DNA of 64,000 nt from an uncultured Actinomyces sp. (GTDB taxonomy: Bacteria > Actinomycetota > Actinomycetes > Actinomycetales > Actinomycetaceae): assembly GCA_964345585.1 (NCBI GenBank), contig CAYFRT010000001.1, positions 23,309-87,308 on the forward strand, written 5' to 3'. The number at the start of each line of letters is the position of its first letter. Position 1 is the stretch's first letter. Of the stretch, positions 9,443 through 19,142 are shown piece by piece. Under the pieces are notes generated by a model, which had not been told where the DNA came from, did not search any database, and was given only the letters and a program-made list of their open reading frames with translations. A program made the translations under genes and the position numbers.

Positions 9443-9874
9443 GTGTTTCTTGGAACCTATGAGCCGAAGCTGGATGACAAGGGTCGCGTCATACTTCCAG
9501 CTAAATTCCGTGAGCAGCTTGCTGACGGACTCGTGCTCACGCGGGGCCAGGAACGCTGCCTCTACGTCTTCTCTGACAAAGAGTTTCATCGGATGTTCCA
9601 AGAGCTGAAGAAGGCCCCCACCACGTCTAAACAGGCAAGGGACTACATGCGTGTCTTGCTTTCGGGGGCTTCAGATGAACGCCCCGACCGGCAGGGGCGG
9701 ATAACCGTGCCGGCACCGCTGAGGTCTTACGCCAACCTGGATCGGGATTTGGTCGTGATTGGCGCGGGGACCAGGGCTGAGATCTGGAATGCCGAAGCCT
9801 GGGAAACGTACTTGGCGGCTCAGGAAGACCAATTCGCGGACACTGCGGAGGAAATCATTCCAGGAATGTTCTAG
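9443..9874 (+). CDS. mraZ: Transcriptional regulator MraZ
   Basis: 143 aa, GTG start. [26 protein letters not shown] and a second SpoVT/AbrB-like repeat ([13 protein letters not shown]). Confidence 0.95.
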   Translation: MFLGTYEPKLDDKGRVILPAKFREQLADGLVLTRGQERCLYVFSDKEFHRMFQELKKAPTTSKQARDYMRVLLSGASDERPDRQGRITVPAPLRSYANLDRDLVVIGAGTRAEIWNAEAWETYLAAQEDQFADTAEEIIPGMF

Positions 9875-9957
9875 TCCTTGCCGGCGATTCGGTTCTGTGG
9901 GTTCTGACTTCACTTCCCCGTTGGCAGAGCACACGGCACCGAATCACTGGCAAGGAC
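9874..9957 (+). other. Long imperfect stem-loop in the mraZ-rsmH spacer (candidate structured 5' UTR element)
   Basis: GTCCTTGCCGGCGATTCGGT (9874-9893) pairs with ACCGAATCACTGGCAAGGAC (9938-9957) at 18 of 20 positions. The stem encloses 44 nt. Confidence 0.45.
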
Positions 9958-10041
9958 AGACGAAGAAGAGGCCGGTGGGATCTCTAAAGATATGGCCACC
10001 CGCACACAAGACGAAAGTCGAGTTAGGGGAGGAGTACGAGG

Positions 10042-11019
10042 ATGGCAAGCAGCTTCGAGGCAGTTCACAAGCCCGTCTTAGTCGAGCAGTGCCTTGACCT
10101 CTTAGCTCCAGCTTTCCAAACCGACACCACCTCGTCCCCCCTGATGGTTGATGCGACGCTGGGCCTGGGCGGTCACACAGAGGCCGCGCTCAAACGTTTT
10201 CCGACTCTTAGTGTTATTGGGATTGACAGGGACCCCTCCGCGCTTGCGTTGGCAAGTGACAGGCTTGAACATTTCGGCGCTCGGTTTACCCCCTACCTCG
10301 GCACTTATGACGAGATACCGGAGGCATTGGGAGGGCGGCTCGCCGACGGGATTTTGATGGACCTTGGTGTCTCTTCCATGCAACTGGACCAACCGGAGCG
10401 GGGGTTTTCTTACTCAAAAGATGCGCCTTTGGATATGCGGATGAATCAGTTTGAGGGACGAACTGCCGCCGAACTTTTGAACGAGGAAGACGAAGAAACC
10501 CTGGCGGCCATCATCTGGCGCTATTCCGATGAGAGGTTCTCTCGCAAAATCGCAAGAGAAATCGTGAAGCGTCGGGAAGTCGTTCCGCTCAGCACCACCG
10601 GGGAACTGGCTGACATCGTCCGCGACGCCATTCCCGCCCCTGCCCGGCGTACGGGTGGCAACCCAGCCAAGCGGACATTCCAGGCTATAAGGATCGCGGT
10701 GAATGAAGAACTCTCCATCTTGGAAGAGGCTCTTCCTCGTGCTTTTGAAAGCCTGCGTGTTGGCGGCCGAATCGTGATCGAGAGTTATCAGTCTCTCGAA
10801 GATCGACTGGTCAAGCGAGTCCTAAAAGAGGGGGAGGCTCCCGAGTTTCCTCCGGGCTTGCCCATAACCGCGACACAACTTCAGGTTGGCGAACGACTCA
10901 AGCCATTGACACGTAAGCCAATTCTTGCCTCTGACGAGGAAATTGAGGACAACCCCAGAGCGGCTTCTGTACGACTACGCGGTGCCGAACTAATCGCCCC
11001 TTGGAGGAATAATGGCTAG
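10042..11019 (+). CDS. rsmH: 16S rRNA (cytosine1402-N4)-methyltransferase
   Basis: 325 aa. HKPVLVEQCL..VDATLGLGGHTEA..DRDPSAL..GILMDLGVSSMQLD..RGFSY is classic RsmH/MraW. Confidence 0.95.
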   Translation: MASSFEAVHKPVLVEQCLDLLAPAFQTDTTSSPLMVDATLGLGGHTEAALKRFPTLSVIGIDRDPSALALASDRLEHFGARFTPYLGTYDEIPEALGGRLADGILMDLGVSSMQLDQPERGFSYSKDAPLDMRMNQFEGRTAAELLNEEDEETLAAIIWRYSDERFSRKIAREIVKRREVVPLSTTGELADIVRDAIPAPARRTGGNPAKRTFQAIRIAVNEELSILEEALPRAFESLRVGGRIVIESYQSLEDRLVKRVLKEGEAPEFPPGLPITATQLQVGERLKPLTRKPILASDEEIEDNPRAASVRLRGAELIAPWRNNG

Positions 11020-11506
11020 CACTGGCGCCCAACTTGCACCCTCGTACGCTCCCACGCGCAGTCGTGGCGGCGTATACCATCCTCGTGTCCGCCCTTCACG
11101 AGTCGGGCTGACGACAGAGGGATCCTCGGCCAGAGTTTTGCGGCCCGAGGCGGAAGTGCCCGCAATCAGTCGGCAACTACACGTTGTCGACGGCGACAAG
11201 AAAGCGATAAAGGCCTCCGGGTGGTCATTCCTATTTCTCGCCTTGGTCGTGGCGGTTGTTGCGATAGTGCTACCGCTGGTGCTTAATACGCAGATGGCCC
11301 AGCGTTCTTACGACATTCGGGATCTGCAGGTCGAGTTGGCAGAGCTCCAGGCACAGACATCGTCTTTGGAAGCCGATTTGTTGGAGGCTTCTTCGTCTGT
11401 TTCCCTTGAGGCGAAGGCGCGTGAACTCGGCTTGGTCCCCGCTCAAGCGCCAGGAGTGATCTCTTTGGAACAGGGCACGGTTGAGGGCGGAATTTCGGCA
11501 TGGTGA
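11012..11506 (+). CDS. ftsL: Cell division protein FtsL-like (single-pass membrane protein with coiled coil)
   Basis: 164 aa in the canonical position between rsmH and ftsI. One TM helix (WSFLFLALVVAVVAIVLPLVL) is followed by a leucine-zipper-like segment (IRDLQVELAELQAQTSSLEADLLE). It overlaps both neighbouring genes. Confidence 0.7.
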   Translation: MASTGAQLAPSYAPTRSRGGVYHPRVRPSRVGLTTEGSSARVLRPEAEVPAISRQLHVVDGDKKAIKASGWSFLFLALVVAVVAIVLPLVLNTQMAQRSYDIRDLQVELAELQAQTSSLEADLLEASSSVSLEAKARELGLVPAQAPGVISLEQGTVEGGISAW

Positions 11507-13269
11507 ATGACACCTCGGCTGAGGTTCCTCAGGAGATTCAGAGATCACGCAAGAGATCAAGGATTATTTGGCTTGGAACAGTGTTCGCGTTGGTTGCGTG
11601 CGGGGTCCAACTTTTTTCGATCCAGATAGTGCGGGGTGCTGAACTCAAAGAGCAGGGCCGCATCGTGCGAACATCGGCTTCCTCAATTGAGGCACCGCGA
11701 GGAACCATTCTTGATGCCAGCGGAAACGTGCTGGTCGACTCCGTTCAGACCTACCACATCGCAGTAAACCAGCGGAACATTCTGGAATACCGTCACATAG
11801 AGGATGGGGTAGTTGTTGGAAAAGGACCGGCTGAGGCGGCCAAGCAGTTGGCGCCGCTTTTGGAGATGGATCCTTCTGAACTTGGTGGGATGATGCTTGG
11901 GGATTCCACCTACGTATATTTGGACAAAGACGTCGATGCAGCGACGTACCGCGAGATCCGCAAGCTTAATGTTTACGGAATCGAATGGGAACCGAACTTT
12001 GAACGGCAATACCCGGGCGGCAACACTGCCGCCACAATAGTTGGTTCAGTGGGCGCTGAGGGGCAGGGGAACAGTGGACTCGAATTTGTTTTCGACGACC
12101 TGTTGACGGGTGTGCCGGGCGAAGAGTCTTACGAAATTGGCCCGACGGGAGCCGTGATCCCCGGCGCCAAGATCGTTACTGAGGAAGCGGAGCCCGGAGC
12201 GACTTTGCACCTCACAATTGACACGGACCTGCAACATGCGGTTCAAAGAGAACTTGACGAAGCAACTAAGAAGTACGGAGCTAGTTGGGGTGCCGCAGTG
12301 ATCTTGGACGTTGAAACGTCCAAAGTGCTCACGCTCGCAGACTCCGGCTCAAAGGACCCTACTGATGGCCCACAGACGTCAAGGGCAGTGCAGATGGTGT
12401 ATGAACCCGGCTCGGTTGGGAAAGTTTTGACGATGGCGACCGCCCTCGAAAACGGCACTATTACCCCGACTTCTGAGTTCCAGATTTCTGATTCGTACAC
12501 GATTGGGGAGCACACCTTCACAGACTTGGGGGACTACGGAACCGCGTTGCGCACCGCAACCGGCGTCCTGGCACAGTCTTCCAACACCGGCACCTTGATG
12601 ATTGGCCAGCTCAGTTCGGATGAGGAACGCTACGAAATGCTTCAACGTTTCGGGTTAGGAACTCTCACCGGGATCGAGCTGCCAGGCGAGTCCGCAGGAA
12701 TCTTGACGGAGCCTTCAACGTGGGATGGTCGCACAAAATACACCACCATGTTCGGGCAGGGCTATGCGATGACTGCGCTTCAGGCCGCCACCATCGTCGC
12801 CACAATTGGTAATGACGGCGTGTATCAGGCCCCACGAGTGGTTGAAGGCTGGACAACGGCGGATGGGGTATACGAGGAGGCCAAGCTTGAGGCGCCGCGA
12901 CAGGTGCTGCGTTCAGAGGTTGCCTCTACTTTGACAACGATGATGGAGTCAGTGGTTGCAGACCCGGACGTGGCAACTGGTGGTTTGGCGGCAGTAGACG
13001 GCTACAGGGTTGCGGCGAAGACGGGGTCGGCAGAGATCGGTAACGGCCGGATCGCGGCGTCAGTGATTGGTTTGCTTCCGGCGGACAATCCTCAACTTGC
13101 AATAGCGGTTGTGCTTTATGAACCAAGCCCGGGACTCCTTGCTGGACAAAGCGCTGCGCCCCTGTTCAGCGCTGTCGCTTCTGAGGCTGTCAGAAGTCTG
13201 GGTGTGGCACCTTCGAGCGAGCCTGCAAGGCTCTTCCCATCCATCCCGGCGTCTGCGACCCAGGAGTAG
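11500..13269 (+). CDS. ftsI: Class B penicillin-binding protein (septal transpeptidase FtsI/PBP3)
   Basis: 589 aa. An N-terminal TM helix, a PBP dimerisation domain and a transpeptidase domain (YEPGSVGK = SxxK, SSN = SxN, KTGS = KTG). Confidence 0.9.
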   Translation: MVNDTSAEVPQEIQRSRKRSRIIWLGTVFALVACGVQLFSIQIVRGAELKEQGRIVRTSASSIEAPRGTILDASGNVLVDSVQTYHIAVNQRNILEYRHIEDGVVVGKGPAEAAKQLAPLLEMDPSELGGMMLGDSTYVYLDKDVDAATYREIRKLNVYGIEWEPNFERQYPGGNTAATIVGSVGAEGQGNSGLEFVFDDLLTGVPGEESYEIGPTGAVIPGAKIVTEEAEPGATLHLTIDTDLQHAVQRELDEATKKYGASWGAAVILDVETSKVLTLADSGSKDPTDGPQTSRAVQMVYEPGSVGKVLTMATALENGTITPTSEFQISDSYTIGEHTFTDLGDYGTALRTATGVLAQSSNTGTLMIGQLSSDEERYEMLQRFGLGTLTGIELPGESAGILTEPSTWDGRTKYTTMFGQGYAMTALQAATIVATIGNDGVYQAPRVVEGWTTADGVYEEAKLEAPRQVLRSEVASTLTTMMESVVADPDVATGGLAAVDGYRVAAKTGSAEIGNGRIAASVIGLLPADNPQLAIAVVLYEPSPGLLAGQSAAPLFSAVASEAVRSLGVAPSSEPARLFPSIPASATQE

Positions 13270-13364
13270 ACCATAGGCGATTCCGAATAGAGTCGAATTT
13301 CTGGAATAGTGTGCCCCAGGGCTGAAACGCCGTGGGTCAAGCGAAGTGAGGAGGGCAGACACCG

Positions 13365-14828
13365 ATGCGACGCGACTTAGAGTGGATCACAAATGCCGTA
13401 GACGGTGCCCTTGTTGCACCAGACCTGGTTTCTGGTCTGCAGGACCAGCAGGTTGAACTGCGAAATGTCACCACCGATTCAAGGGAGTGCGTTCCCGGCT
13501 CACTTTATGTTGCCCGCGTCGGGGAGAACGCCGACGGTCACGACTACATAGATTCCGCGGCTCGAAACGGCGCCGTCTGCGCCATTGTTGAAACGCCTGA
13601 GCGGGGTCTGCAGATCCCACAGATTGTTGTGAAGGAATCGACGATTGCCCTCGGAGATCTTGCGCGAGCACATCTAGCGGACCTGAGGCGCTCACAAGAG
13701 ATCAGCGTCGTTGGCATTACAGGGTCGGCGGGGAAGACCACAACAAAAGACCTCCTGGCACGGGTGGGCAACGCATTTGCTCCCACGGTCGCCCCTAAGT
13801 TGTCCTTCAATAACGAGGTTGGTTGCCCCCTCACTGTTCTAAAGGCTGACCGCACAACGCGGTACCTGGTTTTGGAAATGGGTGCTTCAGGTGCGGGACA
13901 CATCGCGTACTTGACGGACATTGCCCCGCTAGACGTTGCAGTCGTTTTGATGGTCGGGCGCGCTCACCTTGGTGGTTTCGGCTCAGAACAGGCACTGGCC
14001 AGCGCCAAAGCAGAACTGGTTGAGGGGCTGCTACCTGGGGGGACGGCAGTTTTGAACCAGGATGATCCACTTGTTTGGGCGATGCGTGCCAAGGTAAACG
14101 GTGAGGTTATCGGTGTATCCGCCAATGGCTCGCCGGGAGCCCAGTTGGCAGCAGCTGATGTTGAACTTGATGGAGCCGGGCGACCAACATTCGTCGTTAC
14201 AACCCCCTCAAACAAAATACCCGTCCAAATGCGGCTGGTTGGAGCGCATCAGGTGTCTAATGCGTTGGCGGCCCTCGGCGCAGCCCAAGCGATGGGCCTT
14301 GACCTCTACAGAAGTGCCCGGGTCATCGAATCCGCTCCGCCGGATTCCCCCCACAGGATGGATATCCAAACTTTGCCGCTTAGTGCGGTTAAGGGAAGTG
14401 GCGAAGGGAATTTCATACTCTTGGATGATTCCTACAACGCCAACCCGGACTCTATGGGGGCGGCGTTTGCTGTTGCCAGTGAACTCGCGAAAGGGCAGTC
14501 TCGAATTCTCATGGTTCTGGGGGAAATGCTGGAGCTTGGCGACGGGTCCACGGCCATCCACCGTGAGGTCGGAGACAAGGCAATGGCAACCAATCCAGCG
14601 CTGCTTATCGAACTGAGTGAGGAACCTATCTACGCTCCCGGTATGTCATCCGACACCACTGAGGTCGTGGTCGCCCCTGATCCCGAAATCGCGCATAGGC
14701 TTCTTGTTAACAGTTTGCGGGAGGGAGACGTGGTACTCATTAAGGGTTCCAACGGATCTCGATCTTGGGAGGTCGCTGACATGCTTACTGAGGCGGCCAG
14801 TAACGTCGACGCAAAGGACGCAAAGTAA
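13365..14828 (+). CDS. murF: UDP-N-acetylmuramoyl-tripeptide--D-alanyl-D-alanine ligase
   Basis: 487 aa. TTDSRECVPGSLYVARVGENADGHDYI. The P-loop is GITGSAGKTTTKD, the MurF type, not the GTNGKT type of MurE. DDSYNANP motif. Confidence 0.9.
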   Translation: MRRDLEWITNAVDGALVAPDLVSGLQDQQVELRNVTTDSRECVPGSLYVARVGENADGHDYIDSAARNGAVCAIVETPERGLQIPQIVVKESTIALGDLARAHLADLRRSQEISVVGITGSAGKTTTKDLLARVGNAFAPTVAPKLSFNNEVGCPLTVLKADRTTRYLVLEMGASGAGHIAYLTDIAPLDVAVVLMVGRAHLGGFGSEQALASAKAELVEGLLPGGTAVLNQDDPLVWAMRAKVNGEVIGVSANGSPGAQLAAADVELDGAGRPTFVVTTPSNKIPVQMRLVGAHQVSNALAALGAAQAMGLDLYRSARVIESAPPDSPHRMDIQTLPLSAVKGSGEGNFILLDDSYNANPDSMGAAFAVASELAKGQSRILMVLGEMLELGDGSTAIHREVGDKAMATNPALLIELSEEPIYAPGMSSDTTEVVVAPDPEIAHRLLVNSLREGDVVLIKGSNGSRSWEVADMLTEAASNVDAKDAK

Positions 14829-14829
14829 A

Positions 14830-15915
14830 ATGATTGGTGTCCTTGTATCGTTCGCGACATCTTTGCTGATAACGCTCTTCGTCACCCCGCTGTTTATCAA
14901 ATTCTTGGTGAAGCGCGAATACGGACAGTTCATCCGCCAAGATGGCCCAACGGGTCACTTCACTAAGCGTGGAACCCCCACGATGGGTGGGGTGGTAATA
15001 ATTGCCGCCGTGATTGTTGGGATCCTGGCGGGCTTTGGCTCGTTTGGAGCCTGGCCTGACTATTCTGCGTGGCTTCTGATCCTCTTGTTCGTGGGTTTGG
15101 GACTTATCGGTTTCCTCGACGACTTCATCAAGATAAGCAAGCACCGGAGCCTGGGATTAAACCCGTGGGGCAAAATCATCGGCCAAGTCGTTGTTGCAAC
15201 GGGATTCGCGCTCCTGGCGTTGATACACCCCGACCGGGTTGGTTTGACTCCCGGGTCGATGAAAATCTCCGTGGTGTCTGATTGGGTCATTGACCTGGAG
15301 TACTTCGGCCTTGGAGTGGGGATAGTCCTGTTTGTGCTGTGGGTGAACCTTCTGGTTGCATCCTGGTCGAACGCCGTGAATCTGACAGACGGCCTGGACG
15401 GGTTGGCAACGGGCGCATCAATCGCGGCCTTTGCCGCATATGTGGTTATCGCGTTCTGGCAGTTCAGCCAGTCTTGTTCGCGAGGTGCGGCAGAACAACT
15501 GGGCTGCTACGCAACCCGTGACCCGCTCGCTTTGGCAATCACTTCAGCTGCTGTGGTGGGGGCGTTGATCGGTTTCCTTTGGTGGAACGCTTCGCCTGCC
15601 CAGATTTTTATGGGAGACACCGGAGCGCTTGCTCTGGGAGGCATGTTTGCGGGTCTTTCCATCCTGTCTCACACCGAGCTCATGGCCATCATCATTGGCG
15701 GACTGTTCTTCGTGGTCACGATGTCGGATGTCATCCAAATCGGAGTGTTCAAGAAAACCGGTAAACGAGTATTCCGAATGGCTCCGCTACATCACCATTT
15801 CGAACTGAAGGGCTGGCAAGAAGTCACAATCGTGACCCGCTTCTGGATCATCGCGGCACTGTTTGCCGCAACGGGTGTTGGCCTGTTCTACCTGGAGTGG
15901 GTGGCCGCTTCCTGA
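14830..15915 (+). CDS. mraY: Phospho-N-acetylmuramoyl-pentapeptide transferase
   Basis: The track ORF starts at 14617, but that extension overlaps murF in another frame. ATG 14830 follows the murF TAA stop by 1 nt and gives MIGVLVSFATSLLITLFVTPLFIKFL.., a typical MraY N-terminus. NLTDGLDGLA and MGDTGALALGG motifs. Confidence 0.95.
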   Translation: MIGVLVSFATSLLITLFVTPLFIKFLVKREYGQFIRQDGPTGHFTKRGTPTMGGVVIIAAVIVGILAGFGSFGAWPDYSAWLLILLFVGLGLIGFLDDFIKISKHRSLGLNPWGKIIGQVVVATGFALLALIHPDRVGLTPGSMKISVVSDWVIDLEYFGLGVGIVLFVLWVNLLVASWSNAVNLTDGLDGLATGASIAAFAAYVVIAFWQFSQSCSRGAAEQLGCYATRDPLALAITSAAVVGALIGFLWWNASPAQIFMGDTGALALGGMFAGLSILSHTELMAIIIGGLFFVVTMSDVIQIGVFKKTGKRVFRMAPLHHHFELKGWQEVTIVTRFWIIAALFAATGVGLFYLEWVAAS

Positions 15916-17417
15916 TGCCGCACGATGAGGCATGGGGTAAGACGCCCGAAACGGTCGGTGTCGCTGGCCTGGGGGTTTCCGGGATAGCCGCCGCAACGCT
16001 TTTGAGGGGCCAAGGGTATCGCGTAGTCGGCTTTGACCAGGCAACGCGTGAGAGCGCAGATTTTCCCCAACTAGACCAAGTGATCTCCAACGCTGATCCG
16101 GAAGCCCTCGCACAAAAGATCGTGGATCAGGGGCTGGAGTTCCTGGTTGTTTCCCCGGGGATCCCGGAATCATCACCTCTGGTGACCGAACCGAAAGCTG
16201 CCGGAGTCGAGGTAATCGGCGAAGTCCAACTTGCCTGGAACCTCAGCGTTGGCAAGGGGCAACCCAACTGGCTGTGCGTAACTGGGACCAACGGAAAGAC
16301 CACGACGGTTGGAATGCTCGCGAGCATTCTGGAGGCCGCCGGACTTCAGGCAGCCGCGGTGGGAAACGTTGGCTACCCGATAACTGAAGCGGCGTTCCAG
16401 GGCTTGGAGGCCATGGCAGTGGAGCTGTCATCCTTCCAACTCGCGACTTCCCAGAACCTGCACCCGGCCGCATCAATCTGCCTGAATATCGACTCGGACC
16501 ACCTGGACTGGCATGGGAGCCGCGACGCCTACATAGACGCGAAAGCCGCGGTGTACAACGGGACCAGGATTGCGCGGTTCTACTTCGCTGACGAGCCCGA
16601 AACGCAGAAGATGGCTGAAAACGCCAGCGATGCGCAGGGCTCTTTACTGGTGCCGTTGACGTTTGCTGAAGTGCCTGAGGGCTCGATCGGTCTGGTCGGC
16701 GGGGTAGTCGTGGATAAGAGTGGGCTACCCCATCTAGAGTTCGATCAAGTCGCTTCTGAGCGGGCGGCTACAAGCACCAAAATCGCTATCGCAAACTTCG
16801 CTGAGATTCCGTTACTCGCTGGCGCCATCCAGGAGGATGCGGGCGTGAGTGATCCTTTGGTGCGGGACGCATTGGCAGCGGTGGCCCTCGCTCGGGCACA
16901 AGGCGTGGCACCCCAGGCGATCCAACAGGGGCTGACCCAGTTCCGGCCCGACGCACACCGCCGGGAGCCGGTGGGGGAGTTCGAGGGGGTCCACTGGGTC
17001 AACGATTCCAAGGCAACGAACGTGCACGCAGCCATCGCGGCGGCAAGCGCTTCACCCGCGGGACACCTCGTATGGATCATGGGTGGGGATGCCAAAGGGC
17101 AGGATTTGCGTCCTTTGGCTGCGGCAGCCGGCCTCTTGGCAAAGGCAGTCGTGGTCCTGGGCGCGTCGCCCGAAGCGCTTCAGACGCTGCTGAAAGAAGA
17201 GGCCCCAGAAACACCCCTGGTTGTGATCTGCGAAGATGAGGAACCCCGGAAGTTGATGGGGGATGCTGTGCGCGCCTGCGCGGAATTTGCTGCGGCGGGC
17301 GATACCGTGTTGCTAGCACCCGGGTGTGCGTCTTGGGACCAGTTTGCTTCCTACGCTGAACGAGGCAGCCTGTTTCGCGAGGCGATCAAAGAAATGTACG
17401 CGATGAAAGGGAAGTAG
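15915..17417 (+). CDS. murD: UDP-N-acetylmuramoylalanine--D-glutamate ligase
   Basis: TGATG overlap with the mraY stop. VGVAGLGVSGIAAATLL, the P-loop VTGTNGKTTT and NIDSDHLDWHG. An upstream start at 15897 is possible but would overlap mraY by 19 nt. Confidence 0.9.
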   Translation: MPHDEAWGKTPETVGVAGLGVSGIAAATLLRGQGYRVVGFDQATRESADFPQLDQVISNADPEALAQKIVDQGLEFLVVSPGIPESSPLVTEPKAAGVEVIGEVQLAWNLSVGKGQPNWLCVTGTNGKTTTVGMLASILEAAGLQAAAVGNVGYPITEAAFQGLEAMAVELSSFQLATSQNLHPAASICLNIDSDHLDWHGSRDAYIDAKAAVYNGTRIARFYFADEPETQKMAENASDAQGSLLVPLTFAEVPEGSIGLVGGVVVDKSGLPHLEFDQVASERAATSTKIAIANFAEIPLLAGAIQEDAGVSDPLVRDALAAVALARAQGVAPQAIQQGLTQFRPDAHRREPVGEFEGVHWVNDSKATNVHAAIAAASASPAGHLVWIMGGDAKGQDLRPLAAAAGLLAKAVVVLGASPEALQTLLKEEAPETPLVVICEDEEPRKLMGDAVRACAEFAAAGDTVLLAPGCASWDQFASYAERGSLFREAIKEMYAMKGK

Positions 17418-17419
17418 CG

Positions 17420-19141
17420 ATGACTCCCACCGCGAACGCTTCATCGCAGGAAAACCCCTCGTTCGACTCATACACAAGTGCGGGGCGTGCTCCCAGGCCC
17501 CCTCGTCCACGTACCGCGAAGCCGCCCACCCACGACGACACGCCCCCGATACCCCGTGCGCGCACTAACGATTATCGGGTTGCCGCCGACCACGTTGCCC
17601 CCGCGCAAGCGAAGCCGGCGAAGGAATTCGTCTCCGAAACACCTTCGCCTGCGATCAAGGGGCGGCAACGGAACTTTGATGGCGGTTCCAACACGCATGC
17701 CCCTGAGCGAAAGAAGAGCTTCAGGTTGCCGCGGCTCCAGTTCGGGCGTCCTTCAGAGCCTGCGGCCTGGAACCCGGTGACCACGTATTACCTCATTTTG
17801 GTGCCAGCACTTCTGCTTGGGGTGTTCGGTTTGCTCATGGGGTTCTCCGCGACCTCGGTTACAAACATTGCTCAGGGGGTCAACCCTTACGTGCCTTTTC
17901 GCCGCACGCTCCTGATCGCGCTTGTTGCTCTTGCTGTCGCTATCGGTTCAGCCATGATCCCCCCTCGGATCTGGGACCGATTGGCTGTCGCTACTTTCGG
18001 GGTGGCGTTGATGTTGCAGTTGCTTCTCATCCCGTTTGGGGTTGGCGAGGGCGGCAACGTGAACTGGTTGCCGATTCCGGGCACCGGGGGCCAGATGATT
18101 CAGCCTTCAGAGTTCCTCAAACTCGCAACCGCGTTGGTGCTGGCACGCGTGCTTTCTAACACTTTCCAGAAAAGAGATAGCTGGAAACACATTCTTTTGG
18201 CCGCCGGAATCCCCTCGGCGTTGGCGATCGGTTCGGTCATGTACGGGGCGGACATGGGGACGGCCCTGATCTTTGTCGCTCTGATCCTAGGGGCCCTGTG
18301 GGTGGCGGATGTGCCGGCCAAATGGTTCGGCATTGTTGGGTTGATAGTGGGGGCAGCATCAGTGTTCCTAATAGCCATCAGCCCATCTAGGACCCGACGG
18401 GTTATCGAGTTCCTTCCAGGCTTCGGATCCGAACCTTCAACTTCGGCACCCACGCAAACAGACCACGGTCTTTGGGCGCTGGGCTCCGGGGGTCTTACGG
18501 GCTTGGGGCCGGGGGCTTCACGAGCCAAATGGGACTATTTGCAAGAAGCGCACACCGACTTCATCTTGGCGATCATTGGGGAAGAATTCGGGTTGCTTGG
18601 AACCCTCACCCTTCTCATCGTCTTTGGCGCTCTAGCGTTTGGTGTTTTGCAACTGGCAGGACATGCGCGGAGTAGGTTTGTGCGAATCGCGTCCGGTGGA
18701 ATCGCTGCCTGGCTCATCGGACAGGCCCTGATCAACGTCGGCACTGTCACCGGCTTGGCCCCGGTGATTGGTGTGCCGTTCCCGTTGGTTTCGTACGGCG
18801 GTTCCTCGTTCCTCTTCACCGCGATGGCGGTCGGTGTGTTGCTATCTTTCGCGCGTTCCGAAGCCGGCATGACTCGCGCCAGCAAACTCAACGCGGATAC
18901 GGGCGGCAGGGATCCTAGGAAACCCCGTCGACGAAAAGCCAAAGTCGTTGGGGACGTGCCCGGCTCAAATTCGCCTTACCAAAACCGTAGACCCGTGAGA
19001 GAAAAACAAAGGGCGACTGACACTAGGACAGCCAACAAGAAAGTGAATAACCGAGGTTGGCGCCCTTCCCCGGGCAATCCATCCAAGAAGAAAAAGAGTC
19101 ACCGGGACTCCTCACAGGGAAAGCCGCAGGAGGCATCCTGA
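17420..19141 (+). CDS. ftsW: Peptidoglycan glycosyltransferase FtsW (SEDS family) with Pro-rich N-terminal and basic C-terminal extensions
   Basis: 573 aa, multi-TM. SEDS motifs (QPSEFLKLA, TDFILAIIGEEFGLLG, PFPLVSYGGSS). Positioned between murD and murG. Confidence 0.9.
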   Translation: MTPTANASSQENPSFDSYTSAGRAPRPPRPRTAKPPTHDDTPPIPRARTNDYRVAADHVAPAQAKPAKEFVSETPSPAIKGRQRNFDGGSNTHAPERKKSFRLPRLQFGRPSEPAAWNPVTTYYLILVPALLLGVFGLLMGFSATSVTNIAQGVNPYVPFRRTLLIALVALAVAIGSAMIPPRIWDRLAVATFGVALMLQLLLIPFGVGEGGNVNWLPIPGTGGQMIQPSEFLKLATALVLARVLSNTFQKRDSWKHILLAAGIPSALAIGSVMYGADMGTALIFVALILGALWVADVPAKWFGIVGLIVGAASVFLIAISPSRTRRVIEFLPGFGSEPSTSAPTQTDHGLWALGSGGLTGLGPGASRAKWDYLQEAHTDFILAIIGEEFGLLGTLTLLIVFGALAFGVLQLAGHARSRFVRIASGGIAAWLIGQALINVGTVTGLAPVIGVPFPLVSYGGSSFLFTAMAVGVLLSFARSEAGMTRASKLNADTGGRDPRKPRRRKAKVVGDVPGSNSPYQNRRPVREKQRATDTRTANKKVNNRGWRPSPGNPSKKKKSHRDSSQGKPQEAS

Positions 19142-19142
19142 C

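Noticed and set aside
14617-14829. The upstream extension of the mraY ORF. Analogous extensions occur on ftsZ (23064), sepF (24513), divIVA (25591), rluD (26966), hisD (32147) and thiL (40282).
   Set aside because: The extensions overlap the preceding gene in another frame or add unconserved residues. Internal starts with an SD or stop-start overlap reproduce the canonical N-termini.
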